Shown here: positions 22,900 through 34,976 of the stretch, piece by piece | How the letters are laid out: each line of letters starts with the position of its first letter | Numbering within the stretch: position 1 is the stretch's first letter | Source of the DNA: Guillardia theta CCMP2712 | Taxonomy: Eukaryota > Protista > Cryptophyta | Assembly: GCF_000315625.1 (NCBI RefSeq) | Contig: NW_005434634.1 | Location: 524,191 to 588,190, forward strand | Reading direction: 5' to 3' | DNA length: 64,000 bases | Made by a program: the position numbers and the translations under genes | Notes under the pieces: generated by a model | Told to the model about the DNA's origin: nothing | The model's input: the letters and a program-made list of their open reading frames with translations, nothing else | Database searches by the model: none

Positions 22900-24210
22900 G
22901 GGGCCGGATGGAAGGGTCACGGGGCGGGTGACTGATGGGGGTGGTGGGGGTACGGGGCGAATTCAAAAGGCGAGGTAGGGGTACTGGTTTGATGAATCGG
23001 AAGGGGTAGGGGTAGTGAGATCCAGGAAAAGACTAGAAAGACGGGTACTCTGAAGTACTTCTAGGTGTGTAGAACGGGGGGTGGTGATGAAAGAGGGTGG
23101 TCATATCTGGCATCAGAAGGGTGGGGTCTACTGAACAGCAGGGTCATTGAGCAGGTATCGAGGTACGCCCGAAAGAAGGGATGAGAGGGGGTAGGGGTAA
23201 GGAGAATGCTTCTGTGTAGGGTAGGGGGGGTAGGCGGAGGGATCTGGCCTCCGATCGTGCGAACGGGGATCCAGTACGGGTGCGTTCCTTGAGAAAAAGA
23301 GGGGTGGATCGTGCGAGGGGTGCAATCAATTAGGAAACGATGGGGTGGTAGTATCCAACGGTTTCTGCAACGGAAATTGAAGCGACCAGTGAGCTTTGAG
23401 ACGGTGAAGAAACTTTGTGAAGGGCGGCAGCCGCGGCCCGGGCACTGATGAGGATTTACCTTGAAGTAAACCGTTAGTTAGGCCCCGTCGAGCTGGCAAG
23501 GCCCCCGGGCCGCCCGGGCCCCCGGTCGCGTTGAGTGGGTACGTACCGGCGGCGCGGCAAGTTAGGCCGCAGTACGGTAGCCTTGGGCACTGCATGACTT
23601 GAACCGTTCAATTGCCAGCCCAGTCACCGAACGGCGGACCCACATCCGGGCCCGGCGGTCAAGTCGACTCAGTTGAAGTCATTCAGTAAAAGCCTCGACG
23701 TCTGGCAAGGGCCAGTAGTCTGCCGACCGGTGGCACTGGCTTGAAAGTTCTGGCTACTCGAACGGTGCCGCACGTGCTGCTGCGAGCAGCTTGAGCTGTT
23801 TATATGTCTCAGTGCCAACGTCACCCCATCACCCCCTAAAAGCCTATCTAAACAAGGGGTATATGTCAATACCCACCCGTGTGTGATGAAAGCTTACGCA
23901 CTAGGGCAGTGGGGGGTAGTCACCAGGGCCCTCTAAACCCACTTGCTACACCCCCACCTCCCTCCCCCCTTGCCTCCCACCCCCTAGTCAGGCAAAAAAA
24001 TACCCCACCGTCTAAGATTTACCTCGAATGTACCCCTCACTTTTCCCAGTATGTACCCACCCTTCTGAGCAACTGCACCTTCCCTTACCCCCATGCCTAT
24101 ACTCAAGCACCCACCCTTACAAGCAGCTCTTCCTGCAGGGGGGAATACCCCCCTACCCAATTATTTGACGACAAACGTACCGGTACTGTAAGGTACCTAA
24201 CGCGAACCTG
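22900..24210. promoter_or_regulatory. Bidirectional intergenic region: GGGGTA tract, GC-rich palindromic core, TACCCC tract
   Basis: Lies between the divergent carrier and TypA genes, with mirror-image base skew around a core at ~23430-23790. Function is inferred from position only. Confidence 0.5.
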
Positions 24211-24212
24211 AG

Positions 24213-26504
24213 ATGGCGGCCATGGCTCAGAGGAAGCGAACGGGAAGCGGGATCAGCTTGCGCCCTCGCCTCCTCCTCTCTGTCCTTCCCTGCCTTTCGC
24301 TCCTTCTGCTCTCAGCTGTAGATGCGTTTGTCATTCGGGGTTCTCTCATTCCGCGCAGGGCAACCGCCTCAAATTGGTGCTCCAACCAAAGGATGCCCTC
24401 CCTCCGTACGGCTTCCCGTCCCAACATTCTTCGCATGACAGCCACAGCTCCGGAAGTTGAGACAAACTATGACGAGGTCACTGTTGACAACATCCGCAAC
24501 ATCGCAATCATCGCTCACGTTGACCATGGCAAGACTACCCTTGTCGACAAGCTTCTTGAAGCCGCGAAGGAGAACATTGACAACGAAGACGGAGGCGATC
24601 GTGCGATGGACAGCATGGACTTGGAGCGCGAGAGAGGGATCACCATCATGTCGAAGGTGACATCCATGGCATGGAACGGCGTTAAGCTGAACATCGTCGA
24701 CACCCCTGGCCACGCTGACTTCGGAGGAGAAGTCGAGCGAGTGATGTCCATGGTTGACGGAGTCTGTCTTCTCGTCGATGCCACCGAAGGACCGATGGCT
24801 CAGACGAAGTTTGTGCTGATGAAGGCGCTTGCCCGCGGTATCAAGCCGCTGGTGGTCATCAACAAGGTCGACAGGGACACGTCCAGGGTCGACGAGGTCG
24901 AGGGCGAGGTCTTCGACTTGATGTGCAACTTGGGCGCCACAGATGAGCAGCTGGACTACACGACTGTGTACGCTTCTGGTAGAAATGGCTGGGCTACTCT
25001 GTCGCACCCTGATGGACCTCGTGAGAACATGAACGACCTTCTCGACACCATCGTCAAGACGGTGCCCAAGCCTTCTGTCTTGGATCGTCCGAGCTTTTCC
25101 ATGGTTGTCACCATGATCGAGGGAGACTCCTTCCTTGGAAGGATCTGCACCGGCAGAGTGAGCTCTGGCGTAGTCAAGGTCGGTGACACTGTCCAGTCAC
25201 TCTCTGCCGACGGCCAGAAGGTTGACACTGGACGTATTACCAAGATTCTTGCAAGGAAGGGAACGGGCAAGGTTCAGTTGAACTCAGCGAAGGCTGGAGA
25301 CATTGTACAAGTTGCTGGTCTGCAGAAAGCAACAGTCGCACACACTATCTGCTCGCCAGATGTGGAAGAGCCTTTGCCCTCGGTTGCCATCGATCCTCCC
25401 ACCCTCGCCATGACCTTCTGTCCCAATGACTCTCCTCTCGCGGGCAAAGACAAGCTTTCAACCAAGCTCACGTCTCAGATGATTGGAGAGCGTCTCAGGG
25501 CGGAGGCAGAGAACAACATTGCCATCCGTGTCGCTCCATCTGAGGAGAGGTCGGAGGCCTACGACGTTATGGGACGTGGTGAGCTTCAGCTGGGCATTCT
25601 AGTCGAGAACATGCGCAGGGAAGGCTTCGAGCTTGGCGTCTGTCCGCCTCAGGTGCTCTACAAGACCGGGCCCAAGGGTGAAAAGCTGGAGCCAATCGAA
25701 GATGTAGTCGTCGAGGTGGACGATGAGTTCTCCGGAGCTGTCATCAACAAGCTCTCCGAGCGAAAAGCCGTTATGACCGACATGCGTCCAGCTGCAGAAT
25801 CTGGTCGTACTCGTATCACTCTCGAGTGCCCCACTCGTGGGCTTCTGGGTTATCGCTCCATCTTCTTCACCGACACCAGAGGAACTGGTGTTATGATGCT
25901 GCAGTCAGTTGACTCGATCTGACTGGTTGGTAGGAATCATGACCAGGGCCTTCAAGGCCTACGAGCCATACAAGGGTGACTTGGAGAATATTCGCAAGGG
26001 AGTTTTGGTCTCGATGAAGACGGGAGTTGCAACTTCCTACTCCCTCGGCAAGCTTCAGGTCTGCATTCACCTCCCTTGCCTTAAAGGGATCTGACGATAG
26101 CTGCAACTCAGCCCCGAGGAGAGATGTTCATCAACCCTGGTGTGGAAGTCTACCCAGGGATGATCATTGGGGAGCATTCACGCGATAACGATCTCGAAGT
26201 CAACCCAATCGAGGCCAAGCAGGTCTGAAGCTCATCGTTGGAGTACCAATCGTTGCTTATCGCTTGGCAGTTGACCAATATGCGTGCTGCCGGAGCGGAT
26301 GAGAAGATTCAGCTCACCCCACCCAGAGATTTCACCCTGGAGGAGATGATCCCCTACCTTCAACCCGACGAGATGGCTGAGGTTCGCAACGCCTTTCCTT
26401 TCCTTTGAGTCCTCAGGTCTGAATCCTTCCTGCAGGTTACTCCCTCGACTATCCGCATGAGGAAACAGATTTTGGATCCGAACCTTCGCAAGCGTAAGAA
26501 GTAA
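24213..26504 (+). CDS. typA: TypA/BipA translational GTPase with bipartite plastid presequence
   Basis: '[16 protein letters not shown]', 'ERERGITI', 'DTPGHADF', 'NKVD' and '[18 protein letters not shown]'. Signal peptide ends 'VDA|F'. Four short 3' introns. Confidence 0.95.
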
Positions 26505-27188
26505 GGAGCGAATTTTCCCGTCCTGCCTTTAGCTTCCTTTCTAGATTTGTTATCTTTAGCTGTGCTTTAATTGAGTTTTGAGTACCTCTAAATCTCATGT
26601 CATCGTTAAATTGCATTTCTTCTTGCAAACATTCGCCCTATTGCCATATTTTCTTTCTTTGAGACACGAGTATCTATGTCCTTCAGTCACACCAACTTTT
26701 GCAACGTCCCCGTCATCATCAATGTGATTTTCATGGTCCAAGTGCTCGTTTCCCTCCTCCCTCTTGTCCTCCTCATATTCCTCTTCCTTATATTCCTCCT
26801 CATCTCATCATCCTTATCTTCATCATCTCCCTACTCGTCCTCACATTGCTCATCGTTCTCATCTTTCTCATAGATTCCTCATCTTCTTCTTTCTCATCTT
26901 GAATCTCCTTCAGCTTCTCCATTTCCTAATCGTACTCTTCGTGGCTACCATGAACCGCTACTAACAAGGTGGGGTCCTTTTCAAGTGCAATCATGGGGTC
27001 ATTTGCAGTAATCGAATCCCACGGGTAACTGGACAGGAATTAGAGGGGGTGGTTTGGGGATGGCTGGAGTATAGGGTGAGGTAGTTGGGATTCCATATGA
27101 AGGGGTGGGGTGAAAAGGCTAGAGAGCAGGGGTGAAGAATAGATGGACTTGTTGGGGGTGGGGTGGAAACCACATTCGAAACGGCGGC

Positions 27189-29544
27189 ATGGAGAATTTG
27201 AATCTCAATGTCATGCGGGCGAAGGAAACATGGCAGGTAAGCTGAAGAGAGAAGAAGAGGCCTGGATGATGATGCAGAGAGATGGATGCAGATGGGAAGA
27301 GGAGCGAGACGAGGGAGAAGAAAGGGAGAGGAGGGATTGGAAAGAGAGAGGAAAGGGAGAGGAGAGGTAATCAAGTAGAAATGAGGACAAGGAGGGAGAG
27401 ATGGAAGAGAAGAGGAAAGCAAAGATATGAGGTGAGGGGATAGACGGAGAGGAGACAACTTCAATACATTCCGATTCATATCATAACCATTTCGGCATAG
27501 GAGGACTTGCAAACAGAAAGAGAGTACCTCGCCACCAAGGAGGAATTTTCCAAGACAAAATTTGTTTATCTTGTATGTCAGCTGTCTTTCCTGTCAGTCG
27601 TTTGATTGAGATCAACAGGAGCTAGCTACCAAGAGCGAGTTTGTGAAGGAAATACTAGCAGGCACAGAAGTCGATGCGGATACAATCGACAAAGCGGAAG
27701 AAAACTTGGCAGAGGTATGAGGAAAGAAGGATATTTGGATCTCCTTAATGGATGTCTTGCTATTGAACAGTCAAAGTCAAGCTGCAAGAAGATCAAAAAC
27801 AAATGCAAAGCGATGAAAGATGAAATTAATCAAATACTAGTCCAGACTCTGCAAAAGCAAAGTGAGCTTGAAGCCAACGCAGCTGAGCTCGAGGTCGCAT
27901 GGCCTTGCGTTGTTCTTGTTGATCTCACTGGGATGAAACTCGATAGGCTTTGAAGAACGGGCAGAGAGATGAGGAGAACCAGAGCTTGGAAGAGAAGGAG
28001 AAGTTGGAAGCGAAGATTACAGAAAAGCAGGTGGGGATCATGCCTCGTAGTAAGCCAGAGCTGACAGCTGTGATAGAGCGTGTTGGCCCAACAGGAGGAC
28101 GACATGCGGGAGTTGGGGCAGAAGAAGCAAGAGCTCGAGATCAGAGGTTGCTTTCAACGTCAATAATGTCTTGATAACGGTCATGTAGTCCGAAACCTCG
28201 AGCAAGAAGCGGAATCTCTCGCTGCGGACGTGAAGGTCAAATATGGTATGCTTCCCTTGAACAAGATTGTTACATGTTTGTTCTAGCATTCTCCCGTCGA
28301 CATCCACAACAGCCGAATCGCGTCGTGGTACAACAGTGCGAACTCGCTGCTCAACTCGTTGAGCGGAGGTAGTCTTGCATGACCTGATCCACCTCTGTCG
28401 CTCACCCTTCCCCAGTCAAACAAGTTTCCATGCAAGAAAACGCCATCCTCATCGAGTTCGAGGTCCAGGCTTTCCATCGAAGGTTCTCCTTGCTCTTTGG
28501 CACATTGCCGTCTGAGGCTCGATCAGCGACAAGAAGCTGTACTCCATGACTGTTGTTCTCAACCCTTCTGCGACTCTCGCCTACGAGGTCAGGACTTCTT
28601 CCCCCTACATCCCTCCCAGTGTCATGACGTGTTCGTGCAGCTTCGCCTTGAACCGCCTGACATCGATGCGTCTGACCTAGAGAATGCCTACTTGATCGAG
28701 GTTCCTCGCTCCCTCCTGCTGCACCTTCACGCGCTCCTTCCTTGATTCTCTCAGTTCCCTCCCTCTTTTCCAACCCGGCATCGCTACTTCTTCGACTCAT
28801 CTTTGTCCCTCCAGTGCCCCGACGGCAATCTTGCCAAGTTGTTTCAGGTTCGATCCCCGTCCGCTAGTCACCGGACTCACTCAACTACAGGAAGTGAAGA
28901 ATCGGCTAGCTTGCCGACTCGCTCTGGAGAGCGAACTAGACACTCTCCGAAACAAGTTCTCGGTGCTGCCTCTCCCTGCCTCCCGCCAGCATGATGCTCT
29001 TGGCAGATTGAGATCGCAGAGGAAGGAAGCCTCCTCGTCGTCTGCGTTTCTCCTCTCGCCTCTCGGAACCTCGCCAGGTGCCCCCCCCTCCCTCCCCCTT
29101 ACAGATTCTCTGCATCTCTCCCTCCCTCCTCCCATCCCCCCCCCCAACTCTCTCTCGATCCTCCCTTCTGCGTCTCTTCTTATCGCTTCCTTCAGGTCTC
29201 CGGCGAAGGCTCTCCCCAAGTGGCAGTGTGAGGTACACCAGCTGCTGGTCCCCCACTCCCCTCACCCTCTCTCAGATAAGCATCGAGGCTGACTATCCTC
29301 GGCCGCACATCCTCCCCGAGCTCGTTCAGGTCCAGCAGGCGGTGACTCACCAACGTCTCACTCGCGCCATCAGGTGCGGTCGGGCGCCTTCGCTTCTCCC
29401 GGCATGAAGCGTGAGCGCGCCATCATGGAGGTGGTCAACCGGACGGGCCACAGGTGCCGACAAAATCTGCATGTTCCAACACTCACTTCCCGCAGAACCG
29501 TCGCTGCCATGGTCGCCGACGCCTCTGCTAGGTTGGGGCTCTGA
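27189..29544 (+). CDS. Outer-kinetochore Zwint-1/Kre28/Sos7-like protein (coiled coil + probable RWD), multi-exon
   Basis: The spliced product reads 'KEEFSKTKFVYLELATKSEFVKEIL', matching the Sos7/Kre28 motif 'F.KL.F.Y.E..TK..F...I'. A coiled coil follows, then RWD-like 'ISIEADYP'. Confidence 0.65.
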
Positions 29545-29638
29545 GGCTGCAGCTGATGGAGGCGTGAGCTGTGCTTGTATAAGTGAGATAAGATTAAAGA
29601 TTGAACTAGAAAGAGTAGGAGAAGAAGTGACGAGAGAA

Positions 29639-31879
29639 TCAGAGCTGCACATCCGAGGCGATGCGATGGCGCTTGAGGATGGCGGCATGACAGTTTGTTG
29701 CCTGTGCAATAGTTAGAGCAGAAATGAAACTATGTCTCACAATCGACCTGATCCTTGCGCAAGGCGATGACTCGGTTGTCCTCGAGGACGATGAGGTGAA
29801 AGTCTTTGTCACCCTGCGGCAGCCGTTAGTGCAGCAGCAGCAGGAGCAGAAGCGAGGGGTTGGCACCTTCTCGCCCTCGCGAATGAGTTGGACGAGATGC
29901 TTGAGGTTCAACACTTTGACGTCATTGCACATGAGGACCTGCCATCGACATTTTCACACATCAACCTGCGAGCTCAAGGACATCTTGCCTGCATGTTACA
30001 GAGAGCCTCGTACCCTGCGTTTGTGCTGTCCTGCAGCACCTGGAGGACATTGAGGGAGGGAGTTACGATCTGCTCTTACCTGTGAGAGAATGACGGCCTC
30101 CTGGTCCTCGATCTGCTGCTCTCCCATGAGGGCTCGGTCGCATAGCCGACGAGGACTTGTGTTGTACCTGCGTGCAGTCCAGTCAGGAGCCACTAGAGTC
30201 GCAGACATCTGACCAGTCATCGCCATATTCATGCAGGTAAGGCTGAGACAGCGGAGTGAAGACCAGGCCTGAAAAAAACTTATCTTGATGTAAGGGAGCA
30301 GCGAACCGACCTGCGTAGATGAAGTAGCGGGGAAGAAGATCGTACTGCTGGATGGGAACCAAATGCTTCAGAGGCTGCGCCTCAACCTTACAATTTCATC
30401 CTCAGACATCTTTCAGCACCAAGCCGGACCATACCATTATCTTCATCCTCTCTCCATTTCGCAGAATTCCCATTTCTATCTTGTCTCCTGAACAAGACTG
30501 AGTAAAGTTGGACATCCTGCAGCCGGGACTGACCTGCAAACTTGCGAGAGAGCACATAGTCGAAAGAAATCCTTTCTCGATTGCGAAACACTACAGTCCC
30601 ATCGTTTCCGACCACTTGGCCGTCAATTTCAAGAATCACGTCGTGCTCCTTCAACTGCGAGGGGTTAGGATGAGCTGAATCCTTTCACAAGCTCATTCAC
30701 CTTCTGAGCACTGTCAGTCAGTGGGCGAATCTTGCATATGAGCACTCCAGTCTCGTTGGTTTTCATGCCGTAAAAGGATCGTAACTGTTGTCCTCTTCAC
30801 CCAAACTTGCTTGCCGGCACCAACAACGATTCACCTGAGTGTTTTCCATGGCCTGACAGCTGATGCCGAGGGCAGGGAATCCCTGTAACGAAAACTTAGG
30901 ATCCTCGAGGAAAAACTGCTGCAAGAGCAGCACCACATAGACTCCACTGTTCTTCTCCACATCTCGGAGGAAATGATTGATGATCGGAACCGGGATGATG
31001 AAGCCGATGTTTTCAGCTCCCTCCAAGCTCTGGAAAGCAACACCTACGACCTAGCGGAAGCGTATGAGAAGCATCACAGACATCAGCAACCTCAGCCTGC
31101 TGACCTCATGGTTGATCAATGCCGGCCCTCCGCTGTTTCCTGGGTTGATCGCTGCATCGATCTGGATGGCTGGAAACCCGCAGGTCAGAGGCATCAAGCA
31201 ACATGTCCCTTCGAGGATGCACACCTAGCAGTGAGGTCGCACCATGCACGTACTGCTGAGGCTCGACTCGTGAGACGACGCCGACGCTCACTGAGATGTT
31301 GTCTCCCCCCGTCGGATAGCCGACAACAGCTACTGGGTCTTGTAGCTCAGGGATGCCTCCGAACGTCAGGGGTCGAGTTCCCTCCCAGAACTCCTCGGAG
31401 TCAGTGGTCAGCAGGGCAAGATCGCACTCGTGTCCCACTGCCACCACCCTCGCAGTGTACTTGGTCGGGTCTCCGTGCTTGCGAATCATGACATGCGCCT
31501 GGTCTGCGACGCAATGTGCGTTGGTGATGATCCTTCTCCCTTCGATTATGAACCCAGACCCGGTGCTCTCCCTCTGCTGCTTGGTCTGCCATGGCATGAA
31601 CCAGTTCGGACTTGCAGCTACTGTGTAGACTTTGATGATCGAGTTGAAGGTCATGGAAAGGTCCACCGAATTTCCCCATTTTGAGTGCGGCCATGATAAA
31701 GAGCGGACTCCAAGCGCGGTGCGGGAGGCCTTGGAAGGAGAAGCAGGCAACCTCGATCCAGTAAGAGATCTGGATAGCGAAGCTGCTCTGCTTGCGGGAG
31801 GAGCAAGAATCCCCTTCAGAACCAAATTCTCTTTCTTACTCGAGACTGCACAAGAAAGAAATCTTCGCAGCATCGCCAT
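29639..31879 (-). CDS. DegP/HtrA serine protease, Deg10-like, probably mitochondrial; multi-exon
   Basis: 'ITNAHCV', 'ECDLALL', '[13 protein letters not shown]', '[10 protein letters not shown]' and PDZ exons. Basic N-terminal presequence. Confidence 0.92.
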
Positions 31880-32155
31880 GGTTGATCAGCAGTGAACTTC
31901 TTGCGTTCAGTCCAAGGAGAAGGGGAGGGAGGGAGGGAGGAAGAGGTCGAGGAGGAGGAGGAGGAGGTCGAGAAGTCTCAGGACCCCTACAAACCGAACG
32001 TCTGCAGCGGCTGCATCGCCGACAGCATCGCCGAGGAGAACCAAAACGGTTGAGCGGGGATGAGGGCTACATGTCAAAACTGATCCGGAATTCCTTCTTG
32101 TGACAGAGTCTTCCCGGAGTCGATTCCTCAGCCCTCGTTCGTCCTCGTTCTCGTT

Positions 32156-32196
<41 letters not shown>

Positions 32197-32341
32197 TCTC
32201 GTGCTCGTGCTCGCCCTCGTCTCATTGTTATCCTTCACTTTGTTAGATGGCCGACGTGCTCTGCCTCTCTCACTCGCTCTTGCTCTTGAACATCAAGTTT
32301 AGCTTTCGTTCTACACCTCGATTTTACAACATTAATATTGT

Positions 32342-33514
32342 TTATTGCAACTCACTGGGAATCTTCCATCGAGTTTCCTTGGTCAAAGTGTTCAAATAAT
32401 ATGATTTTCCTGACCTCCTTGATATCTTTCGAACCCACTCACCTTGAACATGATCGTCTGTCTTCTTTTTCGCTTGATCTTCACGCAAAGAATCTTTCGC
32501 TCCTTTCCCAGCCTTCATGCTTGGTAAAACAAGGGGAAAGATATCATCTCCAGGCTGTTGGAAGCCTTTCTCGTCCTTTCTCACATTTCGTTGAAGTTTT
32601 CTTGTCGTTTCACTTGAAAGAAACAGCTTCAATCGTTCGACAGCTGATTGTAATACAGTCTTGATTTGATCTGAACCATTCCCTCGCCCTCCGTTTGCTG
32701 CTTCCTTACTTTCATCCGTGCCTCGCCTCAGCCTGGACTTGCAAGTCTGCGGTCGTTGTTGCACTTGACAAGTGGTATCAGCAACGCATGGAAACGAAAA
32801 GGAAGAATTACCATCTCGAGAAGTCTTGACAAACCTCTCCATCATCGCTTGCTCGTTCGATTTGCTTGAACTTGCCTGGTTTGATTGCCATTGCAGCCTG
32901 ACGCGACTTCTGTGTCGCAATTTTTGCATCAGGATGGACCTTTGTCTTTCCATCTCTACATTCATCGCGTCATGGAGGGCAGCACTCTCGCGATCGTGTC
33001 TGAGGAAGACACTTTCTTCTTCTAGACCTTCACGGTCATTCAAGACGTCGCACAAAGAGTGTTGATGATGGCTAACAATCAAGTTCCTCTCCTTCTCCGG
33101 AAGGTCTGGGATGTTTCCGAGCGATGTATACAAGGCTGTTCTCAACTTTGACTTCAACAAGTGTGCCAAGTCCGACGGTATGTAGCTTTCCATCTTCACA
33201 TCCGGCCTCTTGAAAGTCTGTAGCAACGAGTCCGAGGCTTTGCAAGCGTGAGATGTGATGGTATCGGCACTTGAAAGTCTTGACTCATTCCAGTTCATTC
33301 GCCGTGAAGCCTCAAACTCCCGCTCACTTGACTGGTCCATCTTGTACTTGAGATAGAGAGGCATGGCGGAGAAACTCTCCGTTGTCTTCGATGAGCTTGC
33401 ATACGCCCTGGCACGAAGTCGTTTCCAAACACTTCCTTCTTCGTAGCCAGAGCTCGCAAATGTCCCACCTGGTACGACATGCAGGAGTGGTGGATCCCCA
33501 CAACCCGACATCAT
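32342..33514 (-). CDS. Hypothetical protein with C-terminal WW domain
   Basis: 390-aa ORF ending 'GEWVRKISRRSGKSYYLNTLTKETRWKIP'. Confidence 0.75.
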   Translation of the reverse strand: MMSGCGDPPLLHVVPGGTFASSGYEEGSVWKRLRARAYASSSKTTESFSAMPLYLKYKMDQSSEREFEASRRMNWNESRLSSADTITSHACKASDSLLQTFKRPDVKMESYIPSDLAHLLKSKLRTALYTSLGNIPDLPEKERNLIVSHHQHSLCDVLNDREGLEEESVFLRHDRESAALHDAMNVEMERQRSILMQKLRHRSRVRLQWQSNQASSSKSNEQAMMERFVKTSRDGNSSFSFPCVADTTCQVQQRPQTCKSRLRRGTDESKEAANGGRGNGSDQIKTVLQSAVERLKLFLSSETTRKLQRNVRKDEKGFQQPGDDIFPLVLPSMKAGKGAKDSLREDQAKKKTDDHVQGEWVRKISRRSGKSYYLNTLTKETRWKIPSELQ

Positions 33515-33775
33515 ACGATCCTCCTCTTCCCCTCTCTCTCTCCGCCTTCAAGTCTACCTCGCCCCAACCCTCGACGCCTTGCGGACGTCGCTATCATGCC
33601 ATAGCCGTTGAAACTGTGAATGACTCTCCTGTACACCCACCCCACCTTCTCATATTAAAACTACCCCACCCCTGGCATTCCCTGCACCACCCCCAATCCG
33701 TCTATCAAATTCACCCCCATGCTCTGCTTTCGGTTTTTCGAAATCGGAAATGAAGGGAACTGGCGAAAAGGAGTA

Positions 33776-33830
33776 GAGGCAGGGCAGAGGGCAGAGGGCA
33801 GAGGGCAGAGGGCAGAGGGCAGAGGGCATG
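33776..33830. repeat. (AGGGCAG)n heptamer microsatellite
   Basis: About 7 copies directly visible. Confidence 0.9.
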
Positions 33831-34253
33831 GCAGGGAAGGATCTGAGATGTGATGAGGACAGGGGTCACGATGAAGACACAGCGATAGGAAGAGGATGAC
33901 AAGAAAAATCACGACAACAAAGGAAGATGCTGGACGGGATGGTCAAGGTAGGAAAGCATACATAGGCGAGAGGCTGCAGCCGAGGAAATATGGACGGAAA
34001 GGGAGTCCCATAGCAATAGGGAGAGAACTATAACGCTCACAGAATGTCCATTCTCAAAACCATCTCAGCTCATGAGTGGAAACGGCGAGTGAGAATTCTA
34101 TTTCACCAATTTCAGGAAACGATCGAACTGGAGGGTAGCATGCCTGTTTTCAGGGTCGAAGTTCCATGATTAAGATTATGGCGTGCCCCGTCAAGGATCC
34201 GAGAGCGGATATCACCATGACGTTGACGAGATTTGTCAGGTTTCGCACATTCC

Positions 34254-34865
34254 ATGGCGGATTTTGGGTTGGCCAGCAATGGAACTACGGTCATGTTCTC
34301 GTCCTGTGTTGATGATAGATATCCTCCTGAGAACATAATCGATGGGTAATCTGTTTGAATGTGATCTCATGACTCATCTGACATGTTTCGGTCAAGGAAT
34401 GACAGCACTTTCTGGATCACAACGGGGCTGTGAGTCTTGTGCTGCTCCCTGAGGAATCGTTGACACATCGCTTTCAAGATATCCACAGCAATTTATTCTA
34501 CAATTCGACGGCGATATCAAGATCGACCGTATCAAGACGATCACAACGGATGTAAGGAAACTCAAGGTCCTTCCACGTTGTGAGGGGAGCGAGGGACTCA
34601 AGTTTCTCCTTGCCAGTTGGAACGATGCACAGAGAAAGCGCCGACGAGCTTCGAGGAGATTCATCAAGTGGAGTTAGCACACAAGGGAGGAAGAGTTCAA
34701 GTCGAGTCGAGTCAGGTGCGCAGCCCTCAGCGACATGCAGGTGCTGAAGCTCTTGAGCAGATCAGTGGCAGCCCGACTGCATCCTTCTTGCGCGTCACGA
34801 TTGAGAGCGGGTGGGATGACTTTGCTGCTGTGAGGCGGTTCACGATAGAAGGGAGCAAGGCTTGA
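34254..34865 (+). CDS. IFT25: Intraflagellar transport protein 25 (HSPB11), multi-exon
   Basis: 'YPPENIIDG', 'TFWITTG', 'YPQQFILQF' and 'FLRVTIESGWDDFAAV'. Confidence 0.9.
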
Positions 34866-34976
34866 CTTGTGCGATAAATGTTTGCCGTCCTGTCTTGTGA
34901 CTGGCATCTAATGTAGATTTTGTCATTACCTCGAAGCAATGTTAGTGAAAATTTCTTGACGTTGGTCAAGTGCGAA

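Noticed and set aside
22920-23350. G-rich tract as an interstitial telomere
   Set aside because: There is no fixed tandem unit; the motif is dispersed and recurs at many intergenic sites.
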